A DNA stretch of 64,000 nucleotides from assembly GCA_012646185.1 (NCBI GenBank), contig GCA_012646185.1_4706.1; one strand, written 5' to 3'. This stretch comes from a phage. The stretch's first letter is position 1. Each line of letters opens with the position of its first letter. The notes beneath the pieces are model-generated. The model was not told the DNA's origin and made no database searches. It saw only the letters and a program-made list of their open reading frames with translations. Below are positions 1 through 9,974 of this stretch, piece after piece. The position numbers and the translations under genes are program-made.

Positions 1-3000
1 CCAGAACCAATTATAACAGAATAACTAGCAGCTGTTACCGTTATAACCGAAATTACTGTTCCGCCAGCTCCTCCCCCAGCGCCAAAAAACGTTTCGCTGT
101 TGGAATAAGCCTGACAGCCACCGCCGCCACCGCCGCCACCGGTTATCGTTACTCTAATCCGTTTTGTTCCTTGTGTTGGGGTGTACGTCCCTGACGATGT
201 GAAAACACGCATATTCAGTAAACGCCCGACATATCCGCTAGAATCGGCTAAACCAAGATCTTTAGCTGCTAACGTGATATTAGCTGTACCATCAAACGGT
301 TTACCGTTAATCGTGCGCGCGGTCTGCAACTTCGTCGCCGTTGCTGCGTTTCCTGATGTGTTCTGGTTTCCCGCGGCGTTAACACCTGGCAGATTGATGT
401 TCGCACTACCATCAAAAGAAACCCCACCAATGGTGCGGGCTGTTTGCAGTTTTGTCGCTGTGGCGGCATTCCCCGTGGTATTTTGGTTTCCTGCGGTGTT
501 AACACCCGGCAGACTGATATTAGCCGTACCATCGAACGCAACACCGCCGATCGTCCTTGCTGTTTGCAGTTTTGTCGCCGTGGCGGCATTACCGGTTGTG
601 CCTTGGTTACCGGTGGTGTTTACCCCAGGTAGGTTGATATTTGCCGTACCGTCAAATGAAACGCCGCCTATCGTTCTTGCCGTTTGCAACTTCGTTGCGG
701 ATGCCGCATTCCCTGTGGTGTTTTGGTTACCTGTTGTATTCACACCTGGGATACTATCCTTAGATGTGTAGATCTGTGCCCATTCCGACCATTTCGCATC
801 GGTTGTATCGCGACGTGAACGTAAATAAGCCGGAGCGTGTGCGCCAGAGGTACCTGACCAACCAACGAGGATTTCACCTTCACCTACCGATGAAGCACCT
901 TTGAGGTGAATAACGTTACCATAGGCGGTTGGGTAGCCGTTACTGTACGCTTCATACATCTGGATACCGGTATTACTACCTTGGGTCGCATTAGCTAACG
1001 CGGTAACACGACCTTTGGAGGCGAGAGCGGTAATACTGAAGCTAATGTCCTTAGTACCGTCAAAGGCGACCCCATTAATCTTCCGTGCTGTTTGGAGTTT
1101 CGTGGCGGTAGCCGCATTACCAGAGGTACTCTGATTACCTGCTTTGTTCACGCCAGGCAAATCAATGTTGGCTGTTCCATCAAAGGACACGCCTCCTATG
1201 GTTCTCGCTGTCTGAAGTTTTGTTGCTGAGCCAGCGTTTCCGGAAGTACCTTGATTACCTGCCGCGTTGACACCTGGTAGGTTAATGCTAGCAGAGCCAT
1301 CAAAAGAAACTCCGCCGATCGTGATCGGTGTTTTCAATTTCGTGGCTGTCGCGGCGTTACCCGTCGTGTTCTGGTTGCCTGTCGCATTAACGCCAGGTAA
1401 TGCGACATCCGCTGTTCCGTCAAAGGCAACGCCACCGATTCTACGTGCAGTTTGTAGTTTGGTTGCACTAGCAGCGTTACCGCTGGTATTCTGGGTGCCA
1501 GCTTTGTTAACACCGGGGAGATCGATGTTAGCAGAACCATCGAAGCTGACGCCACCTATCGTTCTTGCGGTAGCGAGTTTAGCTGCTGTGGCTGCATTAT
1601 TACCCACTTTCAGCCAATCATCCCATGGACCATCCTGGCCGTTCCATGATGCCGTTAAACTACGTACGTAAATATTGCCGGTACGTACAGTGTAACGTTG
1701 CGTTCCACCGAATTGTCCAGCAGGGAGCACTTCAAGGTAACCTGCGGCATTTGCTTCAGGGAAATTGTGGGCGACGTCCGCGTTCGTTGATACTGGTTTA
1801 GACCAAATACCCACAGACGCTTCAACCGGACCGTAGGTATTCAGATTTGCGTCGGTGGGGAGCTGTCCTCGAAAACGCTGGAATAGTGTTGCCGATAACC
1901 GCAACAATGCTTGCATGCTTTCAATGCTAGATTGCTGCAGTAACGTCCGTGCTGTCGGTGTGATCGTCGCTAAATCAACCTTATTCGTATCGGTAAAATA
2001 CGGGAATTTGTTTGCTGATGTTGCTAAACCTGAAAAGGCGGTCAGTAATGCGTTAAGGGGCTGCTTCCCAGCTAACGCATTTGTTACCGTCGTTGCGAAA
2101 TTAGGATCACTTCCTATAGCTCGAGCCAGTTTATTAAGTGTATTTAGCGTCGCTGGAGACGAGTCGATCAACGCCGTGATCGCACGCATCACGAATTCCG
2201 TGTTGGCAATCTGTCGACTGCTGTCGTTCACTACAGCCGTAGGCGCTGCTGGGATACCGGTGAACACAGGGCTATTAAGATCTGCCTTGAGCGCGATGAG
2301 ACGTTTAAGTGCGTCGACATCGACTTTCAGGTTTTCCCATCCGATGAGAGAACCACCGCTGCTGGCATGGTAACGGTTGTACCAGAAGTCACCGTTAACG
2401 CCTAAAAAGAATATTCCCTTCTCTTCGTTTTGCGGGCCGGAACTATTTCGTGACGAGCTGATGTAATTGATTTCAATAAGACCAGTAAACGTCACTCCTG
2501 GGATTATTTTGTTGTCTCCAGCTGACTGTGATACCTGGTAAATCCCCGGGGTTGCGGCTTTAACCCATGTTAAGAATTCTGTTACTCCAGCGGTACCGCT
2601 AAAATTCTTAACGTCGGTAAGTATTGCCCCATAACCGAACATACCGGGTAGAGCCACTCGTCCGCCGGTACGGTCACGAATATCTGTCGCAACAACAGGC
2701 AATTGTTTACGAACGGCATTAACCGCCTTAGGTGTGGCCGATTTTGTCTCGTCGTCGCTATCGGTTTCATTACTTAGAATAGTTAAACCGCGTGTAGCAG
2801 TAGTTGCATCAGGAAGAAATGCGTTATCCAACACCTTAAGCTGTACTGCACTCGTATTACTAACAACGACATGCACCTGACAGTTAAGAACGCTGGTTGC
2901 ACCTTCGGCAGGCGTAGGCTTATATCTTTCTGGCGCACTGCAGACGGCAATCAGAACATCTTGGTCATCGTACAGACCGATCTCACGTACCCAGAACCCA

Positions 3001-3254
3001 CCTTGACCAGCAGGAATAATACCCTCAACGATAATCCTGGTTGTGCTGTCACCATCCGCATGGATATTAGAAACTTCCCCACGATAAACTTCGTGAACAA
3101 GCGCTGTTTGGCTGGCGTTCGGGGTTGGGATCGAGCCGTTACCATCACCAACGGCAAAGTGTGTGATTTTTAGTTTCTCACCGTCGGGAAGTAACGCAGC
3201 GGTGATACGTTCTGCTCCTTTATCGGTAACTACCGTTATATATGCTGTACTCAT
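1..3254 (-). CDS. long tail fiber protein, partial (C-terminus runs off the window start): N-terminal domain, lambda Stf-like conserved region, two blocks of fiber repeats
   Basis: Manual minus-strand translation from ATG at 3254: MSTAYITVVTDKGAERITAALLPDGEKLKITHFAVGDGNGSIPTP. Region 2100-2340 reads DLNSPVFTGIPAAPTAVVNDSSRQIANTEFVMRAITALIDSSPATLNTLNKLARAIGSDPNFAT, closely resembling lambda Stf (DSPALTGTPTAPTA...QIANTAFV...DALNTLNELAAALGNDPDFAT). Repeats read GNAATATKLQTARTINGKPFDGTAN. Frame checked at several points but not end to end. Confidence 0.8.
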   Translation of the reverse strand, partial: MSTAYITVVTDKGAERITAALLPDGEKLKITHFAVGDGNGSIPTPNASQTALVHEVYRGEVSNIHADGDSTTRIIVEGIIPAGQGGFWVREIGLYDDQDVLIAVCSAPERYKPTPAEGATSVLNCQVHVVVSNTSAVQLKVLDNAFLPDATTATRGLTILSNETDSDDETKSATPKAVNAVRKQLPVVATDIRDRTGGRVALPGMFGYGAILTDVKNFSGTAGVTEFLTWVKAATPGIYQVSQSAGDNKIIPGVTFTGLIEINYISSSRNSSGPQNEEKGIFFLGVNGDFWYNRYHASSGGSLIGWENLKVDVDALKRLIALKADLNSPVFTGIPAAPTAVVNDSSRQIANTEFVMRAITALIDSSPATLNTLNKLARAIGSDPNFATTVTNALAGKQPLNALLTAFSGLATSANKFPYFTDTNKVDLATITPTARTLLQQSSIESMQALLRLSATLFQRFRGQLPTDANLNTYGPVEASVGIWSKPVSTNADVAHNFPEANAAGYLEVLPAGQFGGTQRYTVRTGNIYVRSLTASWNGQDGPWDDWLKVGNNAATAAKLATARTIGGVSFDGSANIDLPGVNKAGTQNTSGNAASATKLQTARRIGGVAFDGTADVALPGVNATGNQNTTGNAATATKLKTPITIGGVSFDGSASINLPGVNAAGNQGTSGNAGSATKLQTARTIGGVSFDGTANIDLPGVNKAGNQSTSGNAATATKLQTARKINGVAFDGTKDISFSITALASKGRVTALANATQGSNTGIQMYEAYSNGYPTAYGNVIHLKGASSVGEGEILVGWSGTSGAHAPAYLRSRRDTTDAKWSEWAQIYTSKDSIPGVNTTGNQNTTGNAASATKLQTARTIGGVSFDGTANINLPGVNTTGNQGTTGNAATATKLQTARTIGGVAFDGTANISLPGVNTAGNQNTTGNAATATKLQTARTIGGVSFDGSANINLPGVNAAGNQNTSGNAATATKLQTARTINGKPFDGTANITLAAKDLGLADSSGYVGRLLNMRVFTSSGTYTPTQGTKRIRVTITGGGGGGGGCQAYSNSETFFGAGGGAGGTVISVITVTAASYSVIIGS
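270..770 (-). repeat. tandem ~123-nt (41-aa) tail fiber repeats, distal block (Phage_fiber_2-like: ATKLQTARTIxGVxFDGxANIxLPGVN)
   Basis: Period visible on both strands; the antisense frame stays open, giving the artefactual plus ORF 181..771. Confidence 0.8.
1020..1615 (-). repeat. tandem ~123-nt tail fiber repeats, proximal block
   Basis: Same repeat unit as 270-770, separated from it by a ~250-nt non-repeat insert (780-1000). Confidence 0.8.
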
Positions 3255-3260
3255 GGTGTT

Positions 3261-3788
3261 TTATCCTGGATAAATAGTGATGATATCACCAATGACGGTT
3301 GTGGCACCGGCGTAAAGATGAGCCGGAGATACGTCGTGTTGGTTTGTCACAGTAAGATCCAATCGACCACGCCAAACCATGGAGGTATTCGCGATGGGGA
3401 TAGAAATCTTTTTGGATATATCGTCACGAAAATCAATAACAGTGGCGAGGGTAACCGCATCAAAATCAACGTCGGGGTCAAAGACGAACCCGTATTGATC
3501 TGAAATAGCCCGAATAATCGCATGTATAGTTGTTGTCTCAACGGACTCTAAAACGATTTTTACCGGTATTCCTAAAAATGCCTTCGCGATATCGCGTCGA
3601 GCGTAAACGATAAAACTTTCACCACACCACTTTGTTCCTTCATTTGCTGTGACGATCACTTTTGCCCTGTTAGCACCAGAACTCCCATCCAAGGTTAATG
3701 TAAGATCGGAGTTGCTGAACACGCTACCGTTACGTTGGTTTATCAACGTAATCAGTTCGTCTTTCCATGGCGGGTAAAGTGAACGCAT
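3261..3788 (-). CDS. hypothetical protein (175 aa); N-terminal module shared with products of 7605-8435 and 44535-45986
   Basis: ORF with GGAGGAGGG Shine-Dalgarno before ATG at 3788; shares WKDEL...YxRRDIAKxFxGIP...YGxVFD pattern with two other proteins; sits immediately upstream of the tail fiber. Confidence 0.65.
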   Translation of the reverse strand: MRSLYPPWKDELITLINQRNGSVFSNSDLTLTLDGSSGANRAKVIVTANEGTKWCGESFIVYARRDIAKAFLGIPVKIVLESVETTTIHAIIRAISDQYGFVFDPDVDFDAVTLATVIDFRDDISKKISIPIANTSMVWRGRLDLTVTNQHDVSPAHLYAGATTVIGDIITIYPG

Positions 3789-3994
3789 AAGCGCAACCCT
3801 CCTCCAATAATCAAATTAAAATGTAAAACGCCTCGAAACCGGAGTGCGATTCGAGGTAAGCGTAAACAGTCCAGACGACCACATAAAATTCCGCGCATAT
3901 TGCCCCTCTACCCCGACAAAGCGAGATAGAGGGAGGATAACACTTTGTGCTCTGTGGCACTTCAAAGTTCGTGGGGCGGTAACCGCCCCATCGG

Positions 3995-6900
3995 TTAAAT
4001 TGTTGGTTTTACATCGCGTAATAGGGCAATATAATAGCCTAATCCTCGGAGGATCTCTCCACTCCAGAAACCAAAATACATTCCGTCTCTGCCGAGATTA
4101 GCGCTATCTGGTGCAGGACTCCACCCACCATTCATTACGTCATCAACGGTGTAATGGTTGATGTAGTTCTCAACGATTTCGTTATACGCATTAACAGCAA
4201 CAGAATAACCTTTATCGTTGGGATGTCCGTACAACATTGCTAACGACGCACCCGCCAACCATAATCCTGCCATATGACCAGTAAAATCATTAGGGATAAA
4301 AGCGGGAGGTTTATCCATCGGAAAATCCGTAGGAGATTGATAAGCGTTTTCCTGTTGATACGTAAACAAGAAATCAATCCAATGGCTGATGTAAGTGGTT
4401 AACTTCTCAGGGACGGCTAAACCACGATCGAGCAGTCCAGCATAAAGCCGCACCGCTGAAAAGAAAGCCCTCGGCTGATAACCAGACCATGCCGTCTGAT
4501 CGCCGAAGTGGTACATTGTAAAATCATTAACTTTTGATCCGCTTGGCGCATCCCAACGATCCCACACGTACGCACTTGCCCCCGGCCCTAAAACCCCGAA
4601 TTTCTGATAATACCACTGCTGCGAGTCATACCAGAAATTCACAACATTCTGAATCATGAGGTCACGTCGTTCAGTCGATACGTCCATATCCAGGAAGACC
4701 CATGGATGTTGGTAGCCGGGATAAGGCTGACCACGCCAACTGTCGAACGTCGGTGCGTTAGGGATATAGTTGTTAGAGAACGGAATAATACCCGGAGTAT
4801 AAGGCAACGGATCGAGACGTTGGTTGACAATCGTACAATCGCCAACACGTAATGTTCCCTCCGCCTCAAAGGTTGCTTTTAACGTAAACAGCATGGTATA
4901 TCCGTCATCCGTGGTGTAAGTTGACGGTGGATTGTTGATGGCGTAAAGCTTAAATACCCCTTCAGCGATATCGCTGTCGTCAGGCAAGAACAGAATTTCA
5001 GTTGATCCATCCCCCCACACAGGTGCAGAAGGTTTAGGGTCAGTATCAGCGTGGCCCGGTTGATACCCTGAGAGCCTCCATCCGTTCGCCGAAAGCGTCA
5101 ATGTATTTCTTGCTGTGGTGGCCGGTAGCATATACCACCATCGCCAACCATTTGCATCTTCTACACGAACGTTGTAGTCAATCGACGCGAAATAACTGAC
5201 CTGTCTTACGATCTGTTTTGCGGTTGGATTGAATTCAAATTGCCCGCCTGCCGCAGTAAGCTGCGCTTTTAAGAACAACCCATCCCAGGAATCTTCCGCT
5301 GCTTCGCTGAATTCGGTTGTGATGGCGACATCATCTTTCCAGCCGACTTTATCAGCCGATATCAACACAGAACCTGTAACAGCATCACCGGTTGGTGTTG
5401 AAGCTTCATCAACCGCATCAGCAGGAATCAACGAGCCTATTTTGAAATCCCATCCTTTCGGTTCAGCGCTGGAAGGTAATACCAGCTTGTACGTTTTGGC
5501 GTTCGCTTCGGTTTTGTCCAAAGAAAGCGATAATGAGATCTCAACCGGAATTGCAACACCCGCTGCATCTTTACCGCCGCAGGTTACACGAAGAATTGAA
5601 TCACGATTGACGCGGAACGGAATAGCCTGCTGTTCAAGGTAAATTTGTGCTGAAGATGCTTGAATCACAATCCAACCATCGGTATCACGCGTGATTGTGA
5701 ACGGTGCTTTCGATGGGTATGTATACGTGTAAGCGATACCGTCGGTGTCGTAACGATCGGTTCCTTTTACTTGACGGAAGAACTTATCGTTGGCGTCGAT
5801 ACGGGTATATTCTTCAATCGTAAACAAAGATGCCTTGTACGCTTTCTGATAACGCTCCTGCTGCGTTAAACGATATAAGGTGTAGGCTGCTTCACAAAAC
5901 CACTGTTCAGCGTCTGACGCGTTTCCCATGTAGTCTCTGGTGACCGGTACCTGGATCGGTCGGTTATGCTGACACTCGTTCGTTTTGATAAGGTATCCGC
6001 CATATTCAACAGGAACGCGGGGTGCCCACGCAACCAAATAAGAACCGTTGACGGATTTATCTTTGAGTACGATGGTACCTACTTCATCGTCAGTACACGC
6101 TTCAAGATCGTCCCCGTCAGCACTTACGTAACGTTTTGTGCGTAACGCAACTTTCTCGATAGGGAACACCGTACCCTTTGTATCCCAGTCAATCGTCCCA
6201 TCATCATTGGTTTTGAACACATCGGCGTTCAAATTCTGCCAGCCGAGTTTACCTTCATAGACCTGAACAACAAGATCCATGTATTCCCCGAACGTTGGTG
6301 TACCGTGTGTTATTTTCCCGATACCGTTGGTGAATGTAACCGCTGTGTCATGGAAACCCCCGTGTGTTGGGTAATCGTCTTTTGCAAGAGGATAATGGGC
6401 CAACACCGGTTGCTTACCATTAACGATCCAGTTAGCGATCCAGCGTGTCGGTGTATCCGGTGGTTCAAGGCCTGCGTAGAACGCTTTTATATACGCATCG
6501 AACGATGCCTCTGCTAATGTGAGATAATGCGCTTTAAGCTTGGTATCATCCGTTGTATGGCTGAATATACCCGCACCCAGAATTAACAACGACTGTCCTT
6601 CTGTTGTTGCGTCACCATCCGGTTGTGCTTCCTGTCGTGTTGCTGCAATGAAATGACGGTTGTTTACCATGACCCCGCTTTCATTTAACACGTAATGATC
6701 GGTTTCTGGGTCGGTAAACGTTCCTGTGTTTCGGGTTAAGAATCTTGCATGACCATAACCAACGAAATTAACCGGCGACGCTGTAATCATCCATTTACCG
6801 ATAAGTTGAGCAACATCATTATAACGCTCGGATGCGGTGATTTGTTTCACGTACCAGTCTTTATGGTTAAATGTCCAAAGCAGGAAGTAATAAGTTGTAT

Positions 6901-7591
6901 CGATTTCCATCACTGGGAACGTCGGCGTTAACGGCTCCAGCGTTAAGTAGTTGCTCCAGTCAATCTGTCCGCCAACCACCGATGGGGTAATCTCTAATAA
7001 CTGACACCACTCATAACGGTCCGGTACACTACTGGACGTTGTTGGTAAAGGTAACTTGTATACGCCAGTACGATTCAGATCGAACGCTTTTCTAGCCGAT
7101 CCTAAATCAACATAAATACTCGATGATGCGTTTGCACTATATGCCTCCAAAGCACCTAGCGTTGACCGATACATTGAGATGAACAACGTATCTTTCCAGT
7201 AAGGGTTATCCTTGGTTGGTTCTAAAGCGATTTGTGCAAAAATGCTGTTCTGCGCCCCTAACTGGTATGTTGCATTTAAAGATTCTTCTGTGAAATAACT
7301 TTCTGCAATCGTCAGATGGAACTGCTCGTTCAATAATGCGAGTGCGGCGCGTCCAGTAACATCCTCATTACCGGTTTCTTTTTTCATGATCGCGCCGAAC
7401 GGAAACAATGTCGCGAATGACCGTTTTGGTTTATTAACCGTAACCGTCCCCGTGTATTTTCCAACACCATCAAGTTTTTGACTATCGCCAACAGCAGTGA
7501 CTGCGATACCATCAGCCGGGATATTTGTTTTATTTAGTACATTGAGTTGGTCAACCAGATCCTGCTTATCGTCAGGTAAGAATGTCGCCAT
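3995..7591 (-). CDS. large hypothetical protein (1198 aa), probably virion or tail associated
   Basis: Very long uninterrupted ORF co-oriented with tail fiber genes; no motif recognised by eye. Confidence 0.7.
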   Translation of the reverse strand: MATFLPDDKQDLVDQLNVLNKTNIPADGIAVTAVGDSQKLDGVGKYTGTVTVNKPKRSFATLFPFGAIMKKETGNEDVTGRAALALLNEQFHLTIAESYFTEESLNATYQLGAQNSIFAQIALEPTKDNPYWKDTLFISMYRSTLGALEAYSANASSSIYVDLGSARKAFDLNRTGVYKLPLPTTSSSVPDRYEWCQLLEITPSVVGGQIDWSNYLTLEPLTPTFPVMEIDTTYYFLLWTFNHKDWYVKQITASERYNDVAQLIGKWMITASPVNFVGYGHARFLTRNTGTFTDPETDHYVLNESGVMVNNRHFIAATRQEAQPDGDATTEGQSLLILGAGIFSHTTDDTKLKAHYLTLAEASFDAYIKAFYAGLEPPDTPTRWIANWIVNGKQPVLAHYPLAKDDYPTHGGFHDTAVTFTNGIGKITHGTPTFGEYMDLVVQVYEGKLGWQNLNADVFKTNDDGTIDWDTKGTVFPIEKVALRTKRYVSADGDDLEACTDDEVGTIVLKDKSVNGSYLVAWAPRVPVEYGGYLIKTNECQHNRPIQVPVTRDYMGNASDAEQWFCEAAYTLYRLTQQERYQKAYKASLFTIEEYTRIDANDKFFRQVKGTDRYDTDGIAYTYTYPSKAPFTITRDTDGWIVIQASSAQIYLEQQAIPFRVNRDSILRVTCGGKDAAGVAIPVEISLSLSLDKTEANAKTYKLVLPSSAEPKGWDFKIGSLIPADAVDEASTPTGDAVTGSVLISADKVGWKDDVAITTEFSEAAEDSWDGLFLKAQLTAAGGQFEFNPTAKQIVRQVSYFASIDYNVRVEDANGWRWWYMLPATTARNTLTLSANGWRLSGYQPGHADTDPKPSAPVWGDGSTEILFLPDDSDIAEGVFKLYAINNPPSTYTTDDGYTMLFTLKATFEAEGTLRVGDCTIVNQRLDPLPYTPGIIPFSNNYIPNAPTFDSWRGQPYPGYQHPWVFLDMDVSTERRDLMIQNVVNFWYDSQQWYYQKFGVLGPGASAYVWDRWDAPSGSKVNDFTMYHFGDQTAWSGYQPRAFFSAVRLYAGLLDRGLAVPEKLTTYISHWIDFLFTYQQENAYQSPTDFPMDKPPAFIPNDFTGHMAGLWLAGASLAMLYGHPNDKGYSVAVNAYNEIVENYINHYTVDDVMNGGWSPAPDSANLGRDGMYFGFWSGEILRGLGYYIALLRDVKPTI

Positions 7592-7604
7592 TATTTACTC
7601 CACC

Positions 7605-8435
7605 TTAATCGTAACTAAAATAAAGTTTGCTGCTGACGCCGCTATCGGAATGAGGTTTTAATACCAGAACAGAGCTTCCGAACGACGGAAGTATTGGAAC
7701 ATCTAAATCGTTCGCATCGGCAACTTTTCCATTATAAACGACATTGGCTGTTGTGATGAGTTCCCAAGCTAAGGTATAACTCATTGAAATCAGCGACGAG
7801 GCTAAACGGAATGCATTGTATCCTTCTGGAGTATCTCCAACCGACATCGAACGTATCGCATCTTGCGGCGGTAAATTTAGCTTGATGCCGTAGGTGCTGA
7901 ATGTGTGGAAATCCCCTTGTTTACTATCTTCTGGATAATACGAGGTTAGCGGTTCTCGTACCGTAAACAGTTCGCTAATATCGGTACTTACATCTTTTCG
8001 TGCGAGGAATTGAAACGTACCGTGCCATGATGCCGATGCGTCAGAACGAACGGGAACAGATATGGTTTTCTCGCCGCTTTCAAATTTAACCTGTGACGCT
8101 AACGCTGAAGAATCAAAGATCGTTAAATCGATCTTCAACCCATACTTCTTAAACAGCTGCGTTAAGCAGTCTGCTATCGTCGTCTTATCAGCAACGACAA
8201 TAAAAGGTTGGTGTTTGATAAAGAGCTTATTAATGTCTCGACGTTGAAGATAAACCTGTACGGGGTCTTCGACGTAGTAAACCGATTGTGGTGCGGGGGC
8301 TATAGAAAGGCGTAACCGACCCGATGCACCATACCAGGCTGGCGTTAACGTAACGTCTGACAGGGACAACGGATGCTGGAGATAGGCGTTTATTTTAGAT
8401 AACACTTCCTCCTGCCATGATGCTTCAGGATACAT
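7605..8435 (-). CDS. hypothetical protein (276 aa); third member of the shared N-terminal module family
   Basis: N-terminus ASWQEEVLSKIN...YLQRRDINKLF...YGLKIDLTIFD parallels 3261-3788 and 44535-45986; GAGGT before ATG at 8435. Confidence 0.6.
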   Translation of the reverse strand: MYPEASWQEEVLSKINAYLQHPLSLSDVTLTPAWYGASGRLRLSIAPAPQSVYYVEDPVQVYLQRRDINKLFIKHQPFIVVADKTTIADCLTQLFKKYGLKIDLTIFDSSALASQVKFESGEKTISVPVRSDASASWHGTFQFLARKDVSTDISELFTVREPLTSYYPEDSKQGDFHTFSTYGIKLNLPPQDAIRSMSVGDTPEGYNAFRLASSLISMSYTLAWELITTANVVYNGKVADANDLDVPILPSFGSSVLVLKPHSDSGVSSKLYFSYD

Positions 8436-8493
8436 GCTGACCTCATAGATGATCGTTGATAGGAAAGAAACCTAATTCATACCATGGGAACCT

Positions 8494-8555
8494 CAAAAAA
8501 AAAAAAATAGGAAAATAGGAAAAACGGTGTTCACCCCTAAAAAGGATGAACACCG
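8494..8555 (-). terminator. intrinsic terminator for minus-strand transcript: 9-bp stem hairpin (8525-8555) followed by a T14 run (A14 on plus, 8494-8507)
   Basis: Inverted repeat cggtgttca/tgaacaccg with 13-nt loop, directly after stop of 8576-9154 gene. Confidence 0.6.
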
Positions 8556-8575
8556 CGTACCGTTATATCGAACGA

Positions 8576-9154
8576 TTAGTAAGGAATCAGATCGTTAAGC
8601 TTTTCTTCTTCAATGACAAAGAAGTTGTTCTGGTCGTCTAAATCTGTTAACATGACTTGTCCGACAGTAAAGCACGTACCGCCCTTCTTAGGCATCCATA
8701 CCGGCTCATTCGTTACCTTATCGGGATACCATTTGAAACGATTGGTATCCAAGAAGAACGCTGCTTTGTTCGCTTTATCGGTTGAACGATAGCTAACCAA
8801 TGCAGGCCACTCAATCCAGGTGTTTGTGCATGGTACATGTAAAGGATACCAGGCACGCCAGCGTTTGCCTGGGTTGCTAGGATCAACCCAATACTCGGCA
8901 GTCAATACAGCATCTTTATAGTGTTTCTGCATTAACATTTCGAGCACAAGCTCATTACCTTTTGATGCATCTAAAGTCACTTCAGCCATATAAAGAGATT
9001 TAGGTAATTCAGACTGTTTTGCGGTTGGTGTTACAACGCCGGTAACCAACGGTCTGCTCGGTTTACGTTTCTGTTCTTTCCGACGTGTGTAAAAGAATAG
9101 TCCGACAGATACGGCAACAAGTATAATAAACAACACTACCTTAATCCAATTCAT
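8576..9154 (-). CDS. membrane-anchored hypothetical protein (192 aa, single N-terminal TM helix)
   Basis: N-terminus MNWIKVVLFIILVAVSVGLFFY followed by a basic stretch; 4-nt overlap with upstream gene. Confidence 0.6.
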   Translation of the reverse strand: MNWIKVVLFIILVAVSVGLFFYTRRKEQKRKPSRPLVTGVVTPTAKQSELPKSLYMAEVTLDASKGNELVLEMLMQKHYKDAVLTAEYWVDPSNPGKRWRAWYPLHVPCTNTWIEWPALVSYRSTDKANKAAFFLDTNRFKWYPDKVTNEPVWMPKKGGTCFTVGQVMLTDLDDQNNFFVIEEEKLNDLIPY

Positions 9155-9891
9155 TCGTCAATATCTCCTTCTACAAACAGAGTCAATTTGATTTCAGGGT
9201 CATAGAACATAGTAATCACACCATCTTGCTCTACTGAACGTTGTGCTGTCCATATTAACTGTTCATCCCGAATATCAAATTTATGCCGCTCATCACTCAC
9301 CACGGCTTCCGCATCGACATAGTGATAAATGCCACCTTCAGGATTCTCAATCCAACCACGTACCATCAGACGGTCTTTCTGCTTACGTGTGAAGAATCGA
9401 TACGGATCTTCGCAGGTTCGCCAAACGTCACCGCTCTCGCTTACCAGTTCGTCATACACCTTCGAAAGCTCGTCAGGTACTGGAATCAAAATGTTATCCT
9501 GATAGCCTGACCAGAAACGACGTACGTCTTGTAATAAATCGTCGCTTTGTAGTTTAACCACATGCGTGTGATTCGCAAAATCAGTTTTTGATTCGCTGAA
9601 CCAAAACGCTTTTTCGTTCCCTACAACGACATCGATTCGATCATGTTGAACACAAACCCACCCATAAATCCATCCGTAACCATCAACGTTATATAACGTT
9701 GTTTGGTAACTGACAATATCGATGTCGTCAAACGATGCTAATAAAGCTTTAGCCGCTAGAAGCGGGGAGAAGTTTTTCGATTGCGATGCTTTACGGATGT
9801 CTTCTTTGATGAGTAATTTACCGTGAATTGGATGTTCAATAACAAAACCACAGGAGAGCATGATGCTTCCTTGATAACGTGCTTCTTGCAT
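9151..9891 (-). CDS. hypothetical protein (246 aa)
   Basis: Long ORF, co-oriented, overlaps downstream gene start by 4 nt. Confidence 0.55.
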   Translation of the reverse strand: MQEARYQGSIMLSCGFVIEHPIHGKLLIKEDIRKASQSKNFSPLLAAKALLASFDDIDIVSYQTTLYNVDGYGWIYGWVCVQHDRIDVVVGNEKAFWFSESKTDFANHTHVVKLQSDDLLQDVRRFWSGYQDNILIPVPDELSKVYDELVSESGDVWRTCEDPYRFFTRKQKDRLMVRGWIENPEGGIYHYVDAEAVVSDERHKFDIRDEQLIWTAQRSVEQDGVITMFYDPEIKLTLFVEGDIDE

Positions 9892-9974
9892 TTCTATTCC
9901 TCAAATAAAGATTGTCTTTTACGTGACACGATTACAGTTTTATCAGTTCACAGGTTACCGATTTTCGGTAAGAA

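Noticed and set aside
181-3173. Plus-strand ORFs 181-771, 1267-1671, 1855-2373, 2871-3173 and minus-strand ORFs 269-589, 1334-1555, 2582-2770, 2951-3157
   Set aside because: They lie antisense to, or out of frame within, the tail fiber gene. The repetitive sequence keeps alternative frames open, and their translations are low-complexity mirror images of the fiber repeats.
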